DNA of 64,000 nucleotides, from NCBI RefSeq assembly GCF_001194135.2, contig NC_068981.1:15254503-15318502 (forward strand), in the 5' to 3' direction. The position numbers and the translations under genes are program-made. Numbering within the stretch: the first letter of the stretch is position 1; every line of letters starts with the position of its first letter. The DNA comes from Octopus bimaculoides (Eukaryota). This document shows, one piece after another, positions 1 through 13,888 of the stretch. Under the pieces are notes generated by a model that did not search any database, was not told the origin of the DNA, and saw nothing but the letters and a program-made list of their open reading frames with translations.

Positions 1-2214
1 GATATGAGGGAAAGAAAGGATTTAAGTACTACGTGCATTGTTGTAAATGCAATCCTACCACAAAAAAAAAACAAGAGAAATAAATAAATCTACTGATGCA
101 CCGTATACTCATGTTACTCTTACACAAAAATAAAATAAAAGGCATTGTAAAATACAAACGTATTTGCACTAATTTTGTCTGGAAAGGATACTGATTGAAG
201 TTTGTAAAAACAGTATCATATTATGTGTGATAGAATGTGAACAAGAATCTAAGATTACTGAAAGTGTAATTTTACGGAACAGCTTTACATTTAAATGATC
301 AGCATGATGTGTTTCGTCACTATTTTTCTTTTCCAGTGAAGAAAAGTAGTAAATTCTTGATTTTGTTAGTGTCATAAACACATACATGTTAATTAATTGT
401 GGGGCGTAAATGAGAAGAACAAGCATTCACATAAGCAGATGGGTGCACTGTTTTCTTTTTGTAATACTAATGTATGATACACAATATAGGAACCGTACAA
501 GATTTCCGCTATGACTGCTGAATTATGTAATTGTGTACCTGTATATACATTGATAAGTACGAAAGTAGTAGTAGTTAGTATGTAACTCGAAGAACCTTTA
601 GACATTCATTTGTTGAATGCGGCAATTTCACTTTCAATGTAATACGGCGTAGGTTCTGATTTAACAATAAATAGTCCAGGTAACTACTAACGGACTTGGA
701 TTCACAGGGATCATTGAAGTAAACAAATAAAACGCTGTTAAATATGTGTATCGCTACTGCGGTTCGTAGATTAGACGGACTGTACAACATACGCGCTCTT
801 CTGCATCCATTTTGACCAAATTCCATTGAATACGCGTTTGTTTGCCACGGTATTTAAGGTAGCTCACTAAATACGTTGTGCAATTTGTCCTCCTTCAGAT
901 GCGTACCCTTCGTGTGCAGGACAGTTTAAAGGCGGAAAAGTCGACTCAAATGGATTTTAATCTATACTAAAACAACCATTGTTGTGTGTAAGTGATAGGG
1001 ATGGTATTAATAAGTTCAAGTCATAAAAACATGAGTTCGGATTTAATTCTACTGTGTTGATCCTTGAGCAAGTATCACTACAGTGGCCAAGATATGACCA
1101 CTGTCATATGATTGAAATTTACGTTTACGAACTCTGTGCCAAAGCCGATTGAAGATAGGCACGCACACATACACATACATACAGTGATATAAAAGGACAC
1201 ATGTATGTACGCACATTCGCTTATATATATNNNNNNNNNNNNNNNNNNNNNNNNNNNNNNNNNNNNNNNNNNNNNNNNNNNNNNNNNNNNNNNNNNNNNN
1301 NNNNNNNNNNNNNNNNNNNNNNNNNNNNNNNNNNNNNNNATATATATATAAGCACGGATATACCAATGGCTATAAATGCATTGCTTCAGGTGAATCTATA
1401 AACGAGAATGATCATCGCACGACTGTCGCAAACGAGTGCCACTGCTAAGCAAACTGTCCTTGTATCCACCTATTGCAAAATCACGAATATCTATGGGGAT
1501 ATATTACCTTTGCAATAAGCATGAAGTGAGGATTGTTTGCAGGAAGGACATCTAAACGTAGGAATTCCACCTCAACGAATTCTGTCCGACTCATTCGAGT
1601 ATGAAGGACTAAACGTTGAAACGAATATATGAACGATGACCATACACATGTGCATATGACCACATAATTACATTTACATGAACATGCATACGCTTAATAA
1701 CGCACACATACAAGGGTACACACTCATGGGCGCACACACACAGACACACACACACACCTTTTAGTTAAGAAGTACAAAGCAAAATGGTTAACATCTGCTG
1801 AAATAATATCTATTTAAACATACAAATCACAGTATGCATTGCTATGCACCCATTGACACTTTAATATAGATTTAACAAGAGATACACTCATAGACTCATT
1901 CTCAAATGTGTGTGTATGTGCGTGTATTTGTGTGTGTGTGTGGGGGGGCTTGTGTTTGTGTGCGTGCCTGCGTGCGTGTGTGTGTATACATATATATATG
2001 TATATATATTGATGCTAAACTACAATCCTATAGAGTCGGAATCACGCGTTTCTAACATAATATTGAAAGGAAGTCATTGATATAAAATAATTGTGATTTG
2101 TGTATACAATACTTCAAATAGCTGCAAATATATGCACAGAAACGGATACATAATTGTGAAACTACAAAGCTAGTATACACTCGAAAGAACAAACATATAA
2201 ATAAACTTCCTCAA

Positions 2215-2284
<70 letters not shown>

Positions 2285-3474
2285 ATACAAATGATTAGCA
2301 ACGTTATATTCGCAAACTAACAACACTGACAAGAATATAATCAAAAATGTATTATCTTTTTTACCGGTGAAGAAGAGAAAACGAAAATAAGAGTAAACAA
2401 TCAATAGAAGATGATCAAATAAGGAAGTTGAGAAAAATGTCGGAAAAACAAATATAAAAATATTATTCAATACACTTCTGTTACATATATAGAGAGAAGA
2501 AAGTAAACGGAGAAGGGAACTTACAAGTATTTGTTAGGAGAATACTATTTTCTTTTCAACATAGACGTACTTTGAAGAGAAAGTGTATGTTTAATACAAT
2601 ACTTTTCACCTCCAAATATTATACAATGCTTATTAGCAGCTACTCTTTGTTGGTATTTGCTATAGTTTGTAATCTTGGAAGATTATTTTCTGCCAAATCA
2701 TTTTCTGAATTCTCTACAGGAACATATCTGGTTCCCTTTATTCAGTCTAATATCAGATCATGAGTAATTGAATACGCCAGTGCGCATGTTTGTGTGTATA
2801 TATGTATACATGTGGTGCAAATGTACATACTCATACATTCGAAGAGTATCGGATTTTGATATCAATTTGTGTACCTTCTTGCGTTGTCTTGAGATGTATC
2901 ATTGTTCCACTTATTAATTTCTTATGTATTGTTCAAACATGACTGTTTCCTTATATAACGTATGAACTATTAAGAATACACATATAGCGTTCATGACACC
3001 TTCATACTGTAGTTCTACATATATATTGTATTGAATGGCTATATCAGATGATATTTGTCGAATATTATGTTTCAGATTAATATCCATCGGGTTAGATGTC
3101 TACATACATAACCGCTAAGCTAAAAATTCCAAACATTCGACAACACCTTTAATCGCTATTAAGTATTCATATAATGTTCCTCAAAATGGACAGCTATATA
3201 GCATTATATTATTTCAGAGAAAACAACTAGAAATGGGGGAAATACAGTGACGACAATGGCATGACTGACTGGGCCTGATCTTTTGACGATTTATATCTTT
3301 GAGCATTAATATGTGTATATATATGTATATATGACTATATTTATATATATGTATAAGTATGTATGTATATATGTAAAGTATGTATGTATATATGCATAAG
3401 TATGTATGTATATATGTATGTATGCATGTATATATGTACGTATGTATGTATGTATATATGTGTGTATCTATGTA

Positions 3475-3834
3475 GGCGCAGGAGTGGCTGTGTGGTAAGT
3501 AGCTTGCTTGCCAACCACATCGTTCCGGGTTCATTCCCACTGCGTGGTAACTTGGGCAAATGTCTTCTATAGCCTCGGGCCGACCAAAGCCTTATGAGTC
3601 GATTTGGTAGACGGAAACTGAAAAACGCCCGTCGTATATATGTATATATATATGCATCTGTATGCATGTGTATATGTTGGTGTGTTTACGTCCCCGTAAC
3701 TTAGCGGTTCGGCAAAAGAGACCGATATAATAAGTACAAGGCTTACAAAGAATAAGTCCTGTGGTCGATTTGCTCGACTAAAGGCGGTGCTCCAGCATGG
3801 CCGCAGTCAAATGACTGAAACAAGTGTAAGAGGG

Positions 3835-3836
<2 letters not shown>
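3475..3836 (+). mobile_element. tRNA-derived SINE, family A (tRNA head, internal microsatellite, core, AGTAAAAG-type tail)
   Basis: Head GGCGCAGGAGTGGCTGTGTGGTAAG with A-box-like TGGCTGTGTGG and B-box-like GGTTCATTCCC. Body and 3' end (GGTCGATTTGCTCGACTAAAGGCGGTGCTCCAGCATGGCCGCAGTCAAATGACTGAAACAAGT) are nearly identical to copies at 10.1, 13.6 and 51.0 kb. Confidence 0.85.
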
Positions 3837-3897
<61 letters not shown>

Positions 3898-3924
3898 ATA
3901 TATGTGTATGTGTATATACATACA

Positions 3925-3955
<31 letters not shown>

Positions 3956-4550
3956 TTGTATGATCTGTAACGGATTCGTTTGTTGTGTGATCGTCCATCC
4001 TGTTACATCTGATGTTGAAGCAGGCTTCCAGACTTTCTAACTGCAAAATTGCCGACGCTAGATCCAGATCTCTGAACTGTTATTTAAATACTTTGGTGAT
4101 TGTTTTGGTTCATTCTTATGCCATTCTCCTGTGTGTAAATGGTAATACCCTTTGTGTTCACATATAACCACATCCATAGTATTTTCCATTCAATTACTTA
4201 ATTACCAGTTGTTTTAAGAAACTGTGGAGTTTCTATTATTGACGCTTAAATAAACAGCGTTTGTTCGTGAATTTGTTCATCACTGTTTGTTCATCTAGCA
4301 AGTGTTTATAATGTTTATTCTCAATTGGAATTGGTAGATGCAAGTTCGGCTTTGTTGACTGTTTGAGGTGAAACAACTCAGTACTGTTTGCCCTTGTTTC
4401 TGTTTTTCGTTTTTATAGAATTGGAATTTTGGTTACAATGTGTATACAACTTTAGCTCTTAAAACAACTGCTGCTAAAATTAATCCTGATATGTCGATGA
4501 TGTTGATAAATAATACCGCATAGTATAAGGTACGATTACACACTCACATC

Positions 4551-4584
<34 letters not shown>

Positions 4585-4645
4585 TGTATGTATCTATGTA
4601 TCTATCTATCTATCTATCTATCTGTCTGTCTGTCTGTCTATCTAT

Positions 4646-4837
4646 CTTATTTCTTTACTGCCCACAAGGGGCTACACACAGAGGGGAAAAACAAGGACAG
4701 ACAAACGAATTAAGTCGATTACATCTACCCCAGTGCGTAACTGGTACTCTGCGGAATTTGAACTCAGAACGTAACGGCCCACGAAATACCGCTAAGCATT
4801 TCGCCCGGTGTGCTAACGTTTCTGCCAGCTCGCCACC
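4646..4837 (-). mobile_element. tRNA-derived SINE, family B, internally deleted
   Basis: Reverse complement reads GGTGGCGAGCTGGCAGAAACGTTAGCAC...GTTCTGAGTTCAAATTCCGC...GTACCAGTTACGCACTGGGGTAGATGTAATCGACT. It is homologous to the copy at 18016-18214 but lacks the central GAGGTCGAC...GGGGTCGAT segment. Confidence 0.8.
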
Positions 4838-5447
4838 TTATCTATCTATCTATCTATTTATCTATCTATTTATCTATCTATCTATCTGTCTGTCTATTAG
4901 TCTAATTATTTGTCTGTCTTTCGGTCTGTCTATTTATCCATCTACGTATCTGCTTATTCATGTATGTGTGTCTGCTTGAGTATGTGTGTAAATATGTATT
5001 ATGGAGTGTGGGCAAGGCTTAGGTGCATCTAGTAGTGCGGATTCTGGTTTGGGGGTTCCAGGGCTTGAGGATTGTGAAACCATCTCTGAACCACTATTGT
5101 TCCCAGAAATTTTCTGATTTTGATTAATAGCACCTGTCAAGTTCCCAGTTATGGATCAACTCGTTATTGTGATGACAATCCATTTGAGCGCAGGGACGCA
5201 GTAAAACCATTGGGAGTGAATTTCCCTTGGCTATTTTCGCAGTATCCTTTTCAGAGGTCAACACTCTGATGTAAAATCTCAGTTTCACGTCATCTGGACT
5301 TCTTGTCCTCGTCTGTGACTAGTTACTAATCACGGAAACGCAGAAGGTGGTACTTCCACTGTACAAGCGTTTATTACTATAGCGGAATGACGTACAGACG
5401 TCTTTTTTATGGTGACTTCATATGTATGCATATGCGCATTCACATAG

Positions 5448-5489
<42 letters not shown>

Positions 5490-5890
5490 GTACATACATA
5501 TACACCTACATGCATAAATAAGTCCATATTATTTGTTCCTTCGTCTGAAGTGTAGTTCATCATTATGTTATTTGTGAAAGTCTGCATTGTATTATTTAAA
5601 GGCCGTTGGATGCTTAACTACAACAAACATTAGTTCTGTATAACAATGCAGTAAAGTGTTCCCTGATCACTTAAGGAACGAATTACACTTGGAAGATCCT
5701 CTGCAGAGTTCCACACATTCCCAATTGTTAAAGGTATCTCAGAACAAATACTGCGTCTATCGTAATTTCTCCTACATCTGGGTTGTGTACCACAACTAAT
5801 ATCAGTATTAAGTATACTAATTGTTTAATCACTGCAGTGGAAGCAGACTTGAAGATCATCCTCTACGTAGAGCAACTTACGAGTTGCAGT

Positions 5891-5941
<51 letters not shown>

Positions 5942-6419
5942 GGAATTTACAAAAGAACAGAGACAGGTGTGTAAACAACAAGCAGGTGTGAGTGTTTGCG
6001 AGTATGTATTCTGACCGGTACTCCATCGAGTTATGACAGTCAAGGTGACCTTAGTGGGATCTGAACACATAATATATAGGGACGGAACAAACAACACAAA
6101 AAAAAAATCCAATTCACTAAAGTATTCTACTTTCTCGCTGCCTTCAGATTATCATTTAAATAAAGCAAAGTTTAAGAATTAGAGCTGGTAGTCAGTGATT
6201 TTAAAGAGAAGGAGTTAATACACACTATCCACAGAAGTAGACAGGCAATTTATTTATAGACATCAGAGCCATTAAAGTTCAAATCCAGGCAGTATTTTAA
6301 CTCAGAATGTAAAACTTCAGTACACATACATATTTTTCCCCGATCATATTCTGATTTTGCTACTTCGGTTATTTAATAAATTCTGATTTAGGCATAAGAT
6401 CAGAAGTTTTGAGCGAAAT

Positions 6420-6790
6420 GTTTAAATGATTCTTTCGACCCTGATGCTTGACAAGCACTTTATTTCATCAACCCCCTCATGGATGTACGTCAAGTTGACC
6501 TCTTTGAGATTTGAGCTCAGAACACAAAGAATTGGAACAATTACTGCAAGACATGTTTTGCGACGCTCCAAAGATTTTACTAAGTTACACACATTAATAT
6601 AGCAATCGATAACGGTTTATGATTTAAGCAATATTAAGGGAGGGAAATATCCAATACCATCGACTGGTACATCGTTTCGTTGTCTACTAAATTATGAAAA
6701 GCAAGGTTGACCTCAGTGATATTTGAACTCAGAAAGTTACGATCTAAAAGAAATACCGCAAGCCATCTTTCCGAGACTTAAGCAATTTTG
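6420..6790 (-). mobile_element. two degraded family-B SINE remnants
   Basis: GTTGACCTC...GATTTGAGCTCAGAAC (~6495-6525) and GGTTGACCTCAGTGATATTTGAACTCAGAA...GAAATACCGCAAG (~6705-6765) match the reverse complement of the family-B head/core. Confidence 0.5.
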
Positions 6791-8844
6791 CCGATAATTA
6801 TGACAGACAAAAATCATTACGAAATCATATGATATAAAACTAAGATATTGTGCAGCATTGGCACAATAGAATATACGCTAGAATATGAATAATTATAAAA
6901 TGATATTAATGTTGTTTATCATAAAGCACGGTTTTTTTTACAGAATAAATTTTGTGTACATAATGTTCAATATAAAAACGCATTATATATAATAAAATCT
7001 TTAAAAAATTTTCATAACAGCGATATGACTAAATCACTTCTTGTTACTTAGAGCATTTGATATATGTAGAAAAAAATTTCATTTTTCATTTCAATAGCAT
7101 TCGAAGAAAGTATGGTATGCAATTAAATGATTATATGTAAAAGAGAATATATCGACGTAGTTGCTTGAATAAATGTATTGTATGTTAACAATAAAATGGA
7201 TTCAAAGAAAATAGATTCCGAAAATAGCTGTAAATACGTTGTGAGCAGATGTACAACTTCTTAAAACTGGAATATTTAATGTGTACGAGAAATTAATGTG
7301 TATGGGAATATGTATTCTTGCAGTTTAGATTTAGTAAATAAACAAGCTGCATATAATATATATTGAATAAATCTTAACGAAGTGATAGTTTGGTGGGAAT
7401 TTTTAAGCTGCTAGTTTCGTAATTATATATAATGGGCATGGCATAAAAACTTAATCTAAATTTCAATAATAATATAAATGTAACAAAAGATCAAGACTAT
7501 ATAAGATATAGTTTTATCACATGCTATTGTATAACTATTCCTGAAGTTAAAACCTCTCAAGATATATGATTAAGTTGAAAAACGACACAATTGTTGTAAG
7601 AAAATGCCGCCGTGGAGACAATGAAATCTATTTCGAAATAATACAGCTAAAAATATAAAGGCTGTATGATAAAACGTCTACAAGAGATGAATTAATATAG
7701 TAAGCAATAACTTGGGCTTATGCTAATACATTTCTACAGGTCTCAAGTATAAGTTGGATATACTTTAATCGTCTAAGGATTTTGTGCTTGGATTAGCGAT
7801 TAATTCTATATGATACACTATTGGATATCCGGCAGTTAAATTCCAAATGATTTGGTATGCATTGCTAATTACCGCTATGTATAATGGATCTCATTTTATT
7901 TTAAAACATGTAAAGCACATATTAAATTCTAAAAAAAAAAGTATTTATATTCAAAACGCATGTTTTGTGTTATGTTGGATTATCTATGACTTACGGCAGG
8001 AAAACCAGCACCAGAAAAGTTATACAGTATCCCTACTGCTCTATATATTGTTGAATGCTAGGAGTAACTAGTATTTCTAAGTGTATTTTAAAGCAATCTA
8101 CAAATTGACACCGTTCCTCATTAATATTACTAAGAACAGAAGGTTGAAATTCCTGTTATACCTCTGGTACTAATATTGATGTTGATTATTTTAACCAAGC
8201 ACGAGTATTATATTCATGAAGACGTTTCTCCTCTTAATAATGTATTTCGCTAAAGCATAGAATGAATAAATCTCAAACGTCGAACCAGTAAGTATTCTTT
8301 CTCTACTGAACTAGAATGATAGGGACATCATTCTTCGCACATATAAAAACTCGACTTACTGAAAAACTACATTCTTCTTGCTTAATCCCAACACACTGAA
8401 CTTGGAAGCAAAAGGTAATTCTGTTTACTATTTTATCACTCCTTCAAAATGCTTCTATTTCTATGTTGCAATACCAGTACTCACTCTCCGAAACATTTTC
8501 AGTACACAGCAGCTAAAACTTACGAAGAGTCTAGTCAACGAAACAACTATCAGGTGAAGGTATGGAAATGTATATGGTAATTTTATGCATCTCTGAGAAG
8601 CACTATGAATTTCGGGCGGTACGTGTCGTTCATTTTGAGAATAGTTTAACAGACGTTACTTGATATCAAGGATTTCACCTCTGACAAAAACTGAAAAAGC
8701 ATCTGTATTCATCCTTCATTGGAAATCGGGCAAATAAGTGAAACTTACTTTTCTAGAAACAGTTCAAGAAATCACAGCGGATTACCAGTAATATTCCTTC
8801 TCCTTCAATGGTCTATATAAAATTGTACCACGCAATCAAGCTCC

Positions 8845-10007
8845 ATGCAAAACACTCATGGAAAGTCATCTGAGCTCTGATATAGAGGATGCAGAAGTAC
8901 ACGTAACAAAATATACCATACTGCGAATAGCCAGACGGGAAGGGAGCCATAGTGGAATTGCTGTATACACCCGTGAAAACCTCACACCACATGTTCTACT
9001 GTCATACTCAAATTCAGTATGTAACACTGTATTTTAAAAACCTTCAAGAAACTAGAACATCATGTGAGTGTATTTCTTGTGGATGATTTCAACTTCTCCA
9101 ATGTGAAATGGACTGAAGGTCTCTGAACTGGCCATTCAGTAATGACCAGTTCAAAAATGTCTTTACTGCCCCGTTGCAACACAAGCAAGTGAACGAACCA
9201 GTGAATTCCTTTGCCACCTCACCCATAACCAGCAGGGTAGTTACGATGGATTACATCGACGTTAGTGAAGCAGATATACTCCTAGCCATTGATGAGGTGG
9301 TCACAAACTCAACTGCTGGCCCTGATGGTTTCCCAGCAATCATCCTCAAATCGAGTAAGTGTGCCCTGGTGAAACCACTACAGATTCTCTTCCAGAGTCT
9401 TCTTGCAAATGGCAGACTGCCAAGCAAACGAAAGGAGAGAATGATATGCCTAATCCATAAAGGAGGAAACAGAGCAGATGCCGAACATTATCGGCCTATC
9501 TATCAGCAAAATCCTGGAACGGATAGTCAGAGGGAAACTAATCACTTTCATTCAAGACAACTACTTGACTTGCTGAGTGATACCCAGCATGGCTTCCGAC
9601 CAGATAGGAATTGCCTGACCAGGCTCTTACAGTACTATGACTGAGTGTTGAGGCATTTACTCAACAGCACAAAACTTGACGTAGTACAACCTGACTTTGC
9701 AAACGCTTTTGATAAAATAGATCATGATGTGATATACGACAAACTGCGAGGTTTCGGCATAGCTGGAAAACTTGGGGATTTGTTACATGACTTTCTGAAA
9801 GATAGAAGCCAGGCAGTAGTGGCTAATGGAGACACCTCAAAGAAAACACAGATAGTGACTGGTGTTCCACAGCTCAATGTATTGGGACCACTGCTTTTTA
9901 TAGTGGCCCTGTCAGATATGCCCTCAGCTGCCCGAATAGCTACACTTGCTAGCTACGCAGCCGATGCGAAAGTCTGGCAGAAACTACAGAACCCCAGTGA
10001 TATTGCA

Positions 10008-10010
<3 letters not shown>
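8845..10010 (+). mobile_element. CR1-group non-LTR retrotransposon, decayed, with APE and RT remnants and internal deletions
   Basis: APE motifs MESHLSSDIEDAE...GIAVY and VDDFNFSNVKW. RT motifs STAGPDGFPAI, HKGGNRADAEHYRPI, TQHGFRPDRNCLT, DFANAFDKIDH, GVPQLNVLGPLLF and YAADAK (degenerate YADD). Contains stops and frameshifts. Confidence 0.9.
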
Positions 10011-10039
<29 letters not shown>

Positions 10040-10062
<23 letters not shown>

Positions 10063-10272
10063 TTGTGTGTCTGTATTTGTCTCTCCAACATCGCTTAACA
10101 ACCGATGGTGGTGTGTTTACGTCCCAGTAACCTAGCGGTTCGGCTAAAGACCGATTGAAAAAGTACTAGGCTTACAAAAAATAAGTCCTGAGGTCGATTT
10201 GCTTGACTAAAGGTGGTGCTCCAGCATGGCCACAGTCAAATGACTGAAACAAGTAAAAGAGTAAAAGAGTAT
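10040..10272 (+). mobile_element. family-A SINE 3' half following a (GT)n tract that interrupts the CR1 copy
   Basis: CCAACATCGCTTAACAACCGATG...GGTGGTGCTCCAGCATGGCCACAGTCAAATGACTGAAACAAGTAAAAGAGTAAAAGAGTA matches the 51.25-51.46 kb copy. Confidence 0.85.
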
Positions 10273-11632
10273 ATATATACCTTTATATAAAGAATATAGT
10301 ATAATTATATGGTGTAATTATAGCAGAAAAATATCAAGTTAAGAACAATAATGAGCCACATCTTTTCATGCATACGTTCGCAGAGAAGATGTGACATACT
10401 CCTCGGACTCAGACAATGTTATACCTGCATATGCGAAGGCAAATACGATTGCAAAATATAATAATATTTAATACAATATAAAAATCGTTAAATATTCGAT
10501 AAAAATAAAACATAAGTTATAAGTAATTAATGAGGAAAATATACAACGATAAGAAATGAAAATAATGGAAATAAATAGAAAATTAATAAGAAATATATAG
10601 AATGACAGAAGATTAAAATTAAAAGCAGGAAAATATAAAATAATAAACTAAAAAGATAATAGGTATGTAAATAATGAGAGAGCTCAAGGTATTCATACTG
10701 AAGTAGATTAAGGTATAGATAAATTATGACGATGATATCGTTGGGTGTGGTTTTATAAATTATAATACTACAGATACTATTGTATGTATGATTAAATAAT
10801 TCTTAGTGGGTTTAAGATTTAGTAAATGTTGGTTTATTATCTCATAACTCACTACAAATATACTTAATGTGACTGATAGCGTAGAAAGTCATAGAATTGA
10901 AGGAAAGAAAATTTTAATCACCGTAGTGGGGTGAAGTCAGGCTAAACAGGCACGGGTTAACATAGGGTAAGATTACGTATAATACATCACATAAACATAA
11001 TACATAGCATATAATATATATAATGTAATACAATATAATATATAATATCCTACACTACAGGGTAAGTTATAAAGGATACGGCGTTCAAAGCGAATTTCCA
11101 CCATGATATCCCAAGTATATTATTAGTTTCGAAAATACTTAAATGTGCCGGCGGTGATATGTACCCATCATACCCTTAGGTATAATCTATTATGTATTAG
11201 GTTGTTCTTGTTTCTGTACTTAAACATCTCATAAATTTCTATAGAACAATGCTCACATCTAGATTTACTATCTCTATATGGCTGCGCACTCCGCATTTAA
11301 GGCTAAATCTCCACTTGCTGTCCTTAAGTTCTCAGATCTTACTAGAGAAAGCAGTACTATTTAGCTTTATGTCTAAACAATGAAAAATGGTTCTTAATAA
11401 GATTTTCATTGGATCGAACACCCTATAAAGATAAAACTACCACTTTTAGTCAAAATTATACACTTGCAAATTACGTTTTGGATTAAACAGCACCCTAATA
11501 ACGGGCAATAGGATTTTACCCTACAATTGTAACCGGGAATATTACTGCTATTATTATTATTATTATTAATATTATTATGATTATTACTATAATTATTATT
11601 ATTATTGTTATTATTATCATTATTATTATTAT

Positions 11633-11768
11633 TCAGTAGTCTTATTTTTATAGCATGCTTTCACTTCACTACTGAGCTCAGCTGCGTGTGCCTTGGGTAT
11701 GTGCTGTGGTTTTCTGTGATGCTTTTATGGTTACTGTATTGAAAGTGTTTTGCGTAGAATGTGTGCAG
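11633..11768 (-). mobile_element. R4/Dong 3' terminal fragment next to an (ATT)n tract
   Basis: Nearly identical to 45080-45220 and 45448-45540. The minus strand encodes ...AHILRKTLSIQ* followed by 3' UTR and the TAA tract at 11545-11633. Confidence 0.8.
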
Positions 11769-13008
11769 ATCCTGTTAAGGATATGGGCGTCAAAACACTG
11801 CTGAGGGAATCAAGTGTGGATGTGATATATCTCAACTTTTCAAAAGCCTTTGATAAAGTCAAGCATAACATGATATGTCACAAACTGTGATCTCGATATA
11901 GTCGGAAAACTTGGAGAGTGGCTACACGCCATTCTAACATATAGACGCCAGGCAGTGTGGCCGATGGAGCCACTGTAAACGAAACACAAAGAAGTGGTGG
12001 TGTTTCACAGGACACTGCTATTTATGGAAACCCTAACAGACATGCCTGCAACTGCTCAGATAGCCACCCTCGCTAGCTATGCAGATAACATGAAAGTCAT
12101 CAAAGTCAGACAATACAAAACTCTGGGAATATCGCACATCTGCAACGGGAGTTCCACGTAATATACAGGTGGGAAGAGTACAACATGCAGTTTAATGCAG
12201 GAAAATTTTAATCCCTGCACCACTAGCAAACGGAGCTAAACGACATGCAAACAGGATACCCTTTTCCCGGGGGGAATTGCAATCCTTGAATCAAAATCAA
12301 TTTGTGACCTAAGCATCGACATTAGTAATGATGCATCTTTCCTGGCACATATTAGAAATGTGTTATCAGATTACAGGATATATCCTCCAAACTTTCAAAG
12401 CGAGAGACAAGGAAACTATGATGGCTCTGTGGAGGGTATTCGTCATCAGCCGCTTGGACTGCTGCTCTCAACTATGGTCATCGCACAGTATAAAATTAAC
12501 GGAGAATATCGAAGCAATCGAACGAATCTGCACAACGAAAATCGTCTCAATGCAACATATCAGGTCCTGGGAAAGGCTGAAAGAGTTAAAACTATTCTCT
12601 CTAGAACGAAGACAGGTAAGATATGCAGTGATGTGCATCTGGTAAATCTCGGAAGGTCTTGTACAAAACTTGGGTATTTAAAGTTACACAAAATGTATCA
12701 CCATGACAATACAGGACGACACACTGTAAAAGCTGCGGTTTCAGGTGCCTACAGCATTTCAGTGTCCTTCCCAAATGCCTGTGGATGTAGGTGTCTTCAA
12801 AATAAAACTGTATCTCCTTCTTTCAAGAGTTTCAGATGAGCTTACCTAACGGCAGAAAACACAGATTAGAGTAGCAGCATCAAAGTCCCAGAATCACCAA
12901 CTATCACATATCAGAGATGTTTTCCAATGTGGGTGCAGCACAGCCAAAGGTCGTGTCCCAGCATGACTGCAGTTTTCAAGTTGAAACAATTTAAAGAATT
13001 AAAGAATA
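11769..13008 (+). mobile_element. second CR1-group LINE copy, 5'-truncated, RT to 3' end
   Basis: Motifs VDVIYLNFSKAFDKVKH, GGVSQD, SYADNMK, FVISRLDCCSQLWS and RLKELKLFSLERRQVRY. It overlaps copy 1 (9645-10010) in homology, so it is an independent insertion. Ends in TTAAAGAA-type tail repeats. Confidence 0.88.
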
Positions 13009-13517
13009 CTGCTCACAACTGTGGTCATCACACAATATAAAATTAACGGAGGAATGAACGGACCAGAGGCTTGTGTGCAGATTTATTAGACAAAAATTGA
13101 AAGAAGCTTGTTTGATATATATATATATATATATANNNNNNNNNNNNNNNNNNNNNNNNNNNNNNNNNNNNNNNNNNNNNNNNNNNNNNNNNNNNNNNNN
13201 NNNNNNNNNNNNNNNNNNNNNNNNNNNNNNNNNNNNNNNNNNNNNNNNNNNNNNNNNNNNNNNNNNNNNNNNNNNNNNNNNNNNNNNNNNNNNNNNNNNN
13301 NNNNNNNNNNNNNNNNNNNNNNNNNNNNNNNNNNNNNNNNNNNNNNNNNNNNNNNNNNNNNNNNNNNNNNNNNNNNNNNNNNNNNNNNNNNNNNNNNNNN
13401 NNNNNNNNNNNNNNNNNNNNNNNNNNNNNNNNNNNNNNNNNNNNNNNNNNNNNNNNNNNNNNNNNNNNNNNNNNNNNNNNNNNNNNNNNNNNNNNNNNNN
13501 NNNNNNNNNNNNNNNNN

Positions 13518-13565
<48 letters not shown>

Positions 13566-13589
13566 TTTTGATTTGTTGATTGTCGACAA

Positions 13590-13888
13590 AGGCATGTCTC
13601 TTCTACTGTCGCTTCGGGTCGACCAAAGCCTTGTGAGTGGATTTGGTACACAGAAACTGAAAATATATATATATGTTTGTGTGTCTGTGTTTATGTTTGT
13701 CCTTTACTACTACTTGGCAACACTGGTGTTGATGTGTTTACGTCCCTGTAACTTATCAATTCGGGGAAAAAGACCGATCGAATAAACACCAGGCTTAGAA
13801 AAATAAGTCCTGGTGGTTATTCGTTCGGCAAACATCATTCAAGGCAGTGTCCCAGGATACTCACAATCCGATAACTGAAATAAGTAAA
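13590..13888 (+). mobile_element. family-A SINE, diverged, head truncated
   Basis: TCGGGTCGACCAAAGCCTTGTGAGTGGATTTGGTA...GTGTTTACGTCCCTGTAACTTA...ATAAGTCCTGG matches the 3475 and 51001 copies. Confidence 0.75.

Noticed and set aside
575-900. CUB-like or SUEL-like words (TINSPGNY, RYCGS, NDPCES)
   Set aside because: The motifs lie in different frames or strands, spacing is too short for a CUB domain, and there are multiple stops.
5640-5890. RT-like words on the minus strand (LLYVEDDL, IDAVFVL)
   Set aside because: They occur in the wrong order for an RT and are individually weak.
8216-8287. Signal-peptide-like MKTFLLLIMYFAKA followed by GTAAGT
   Set aside because: Two in-frame stops before the donor, and the following apparent intron is too short.
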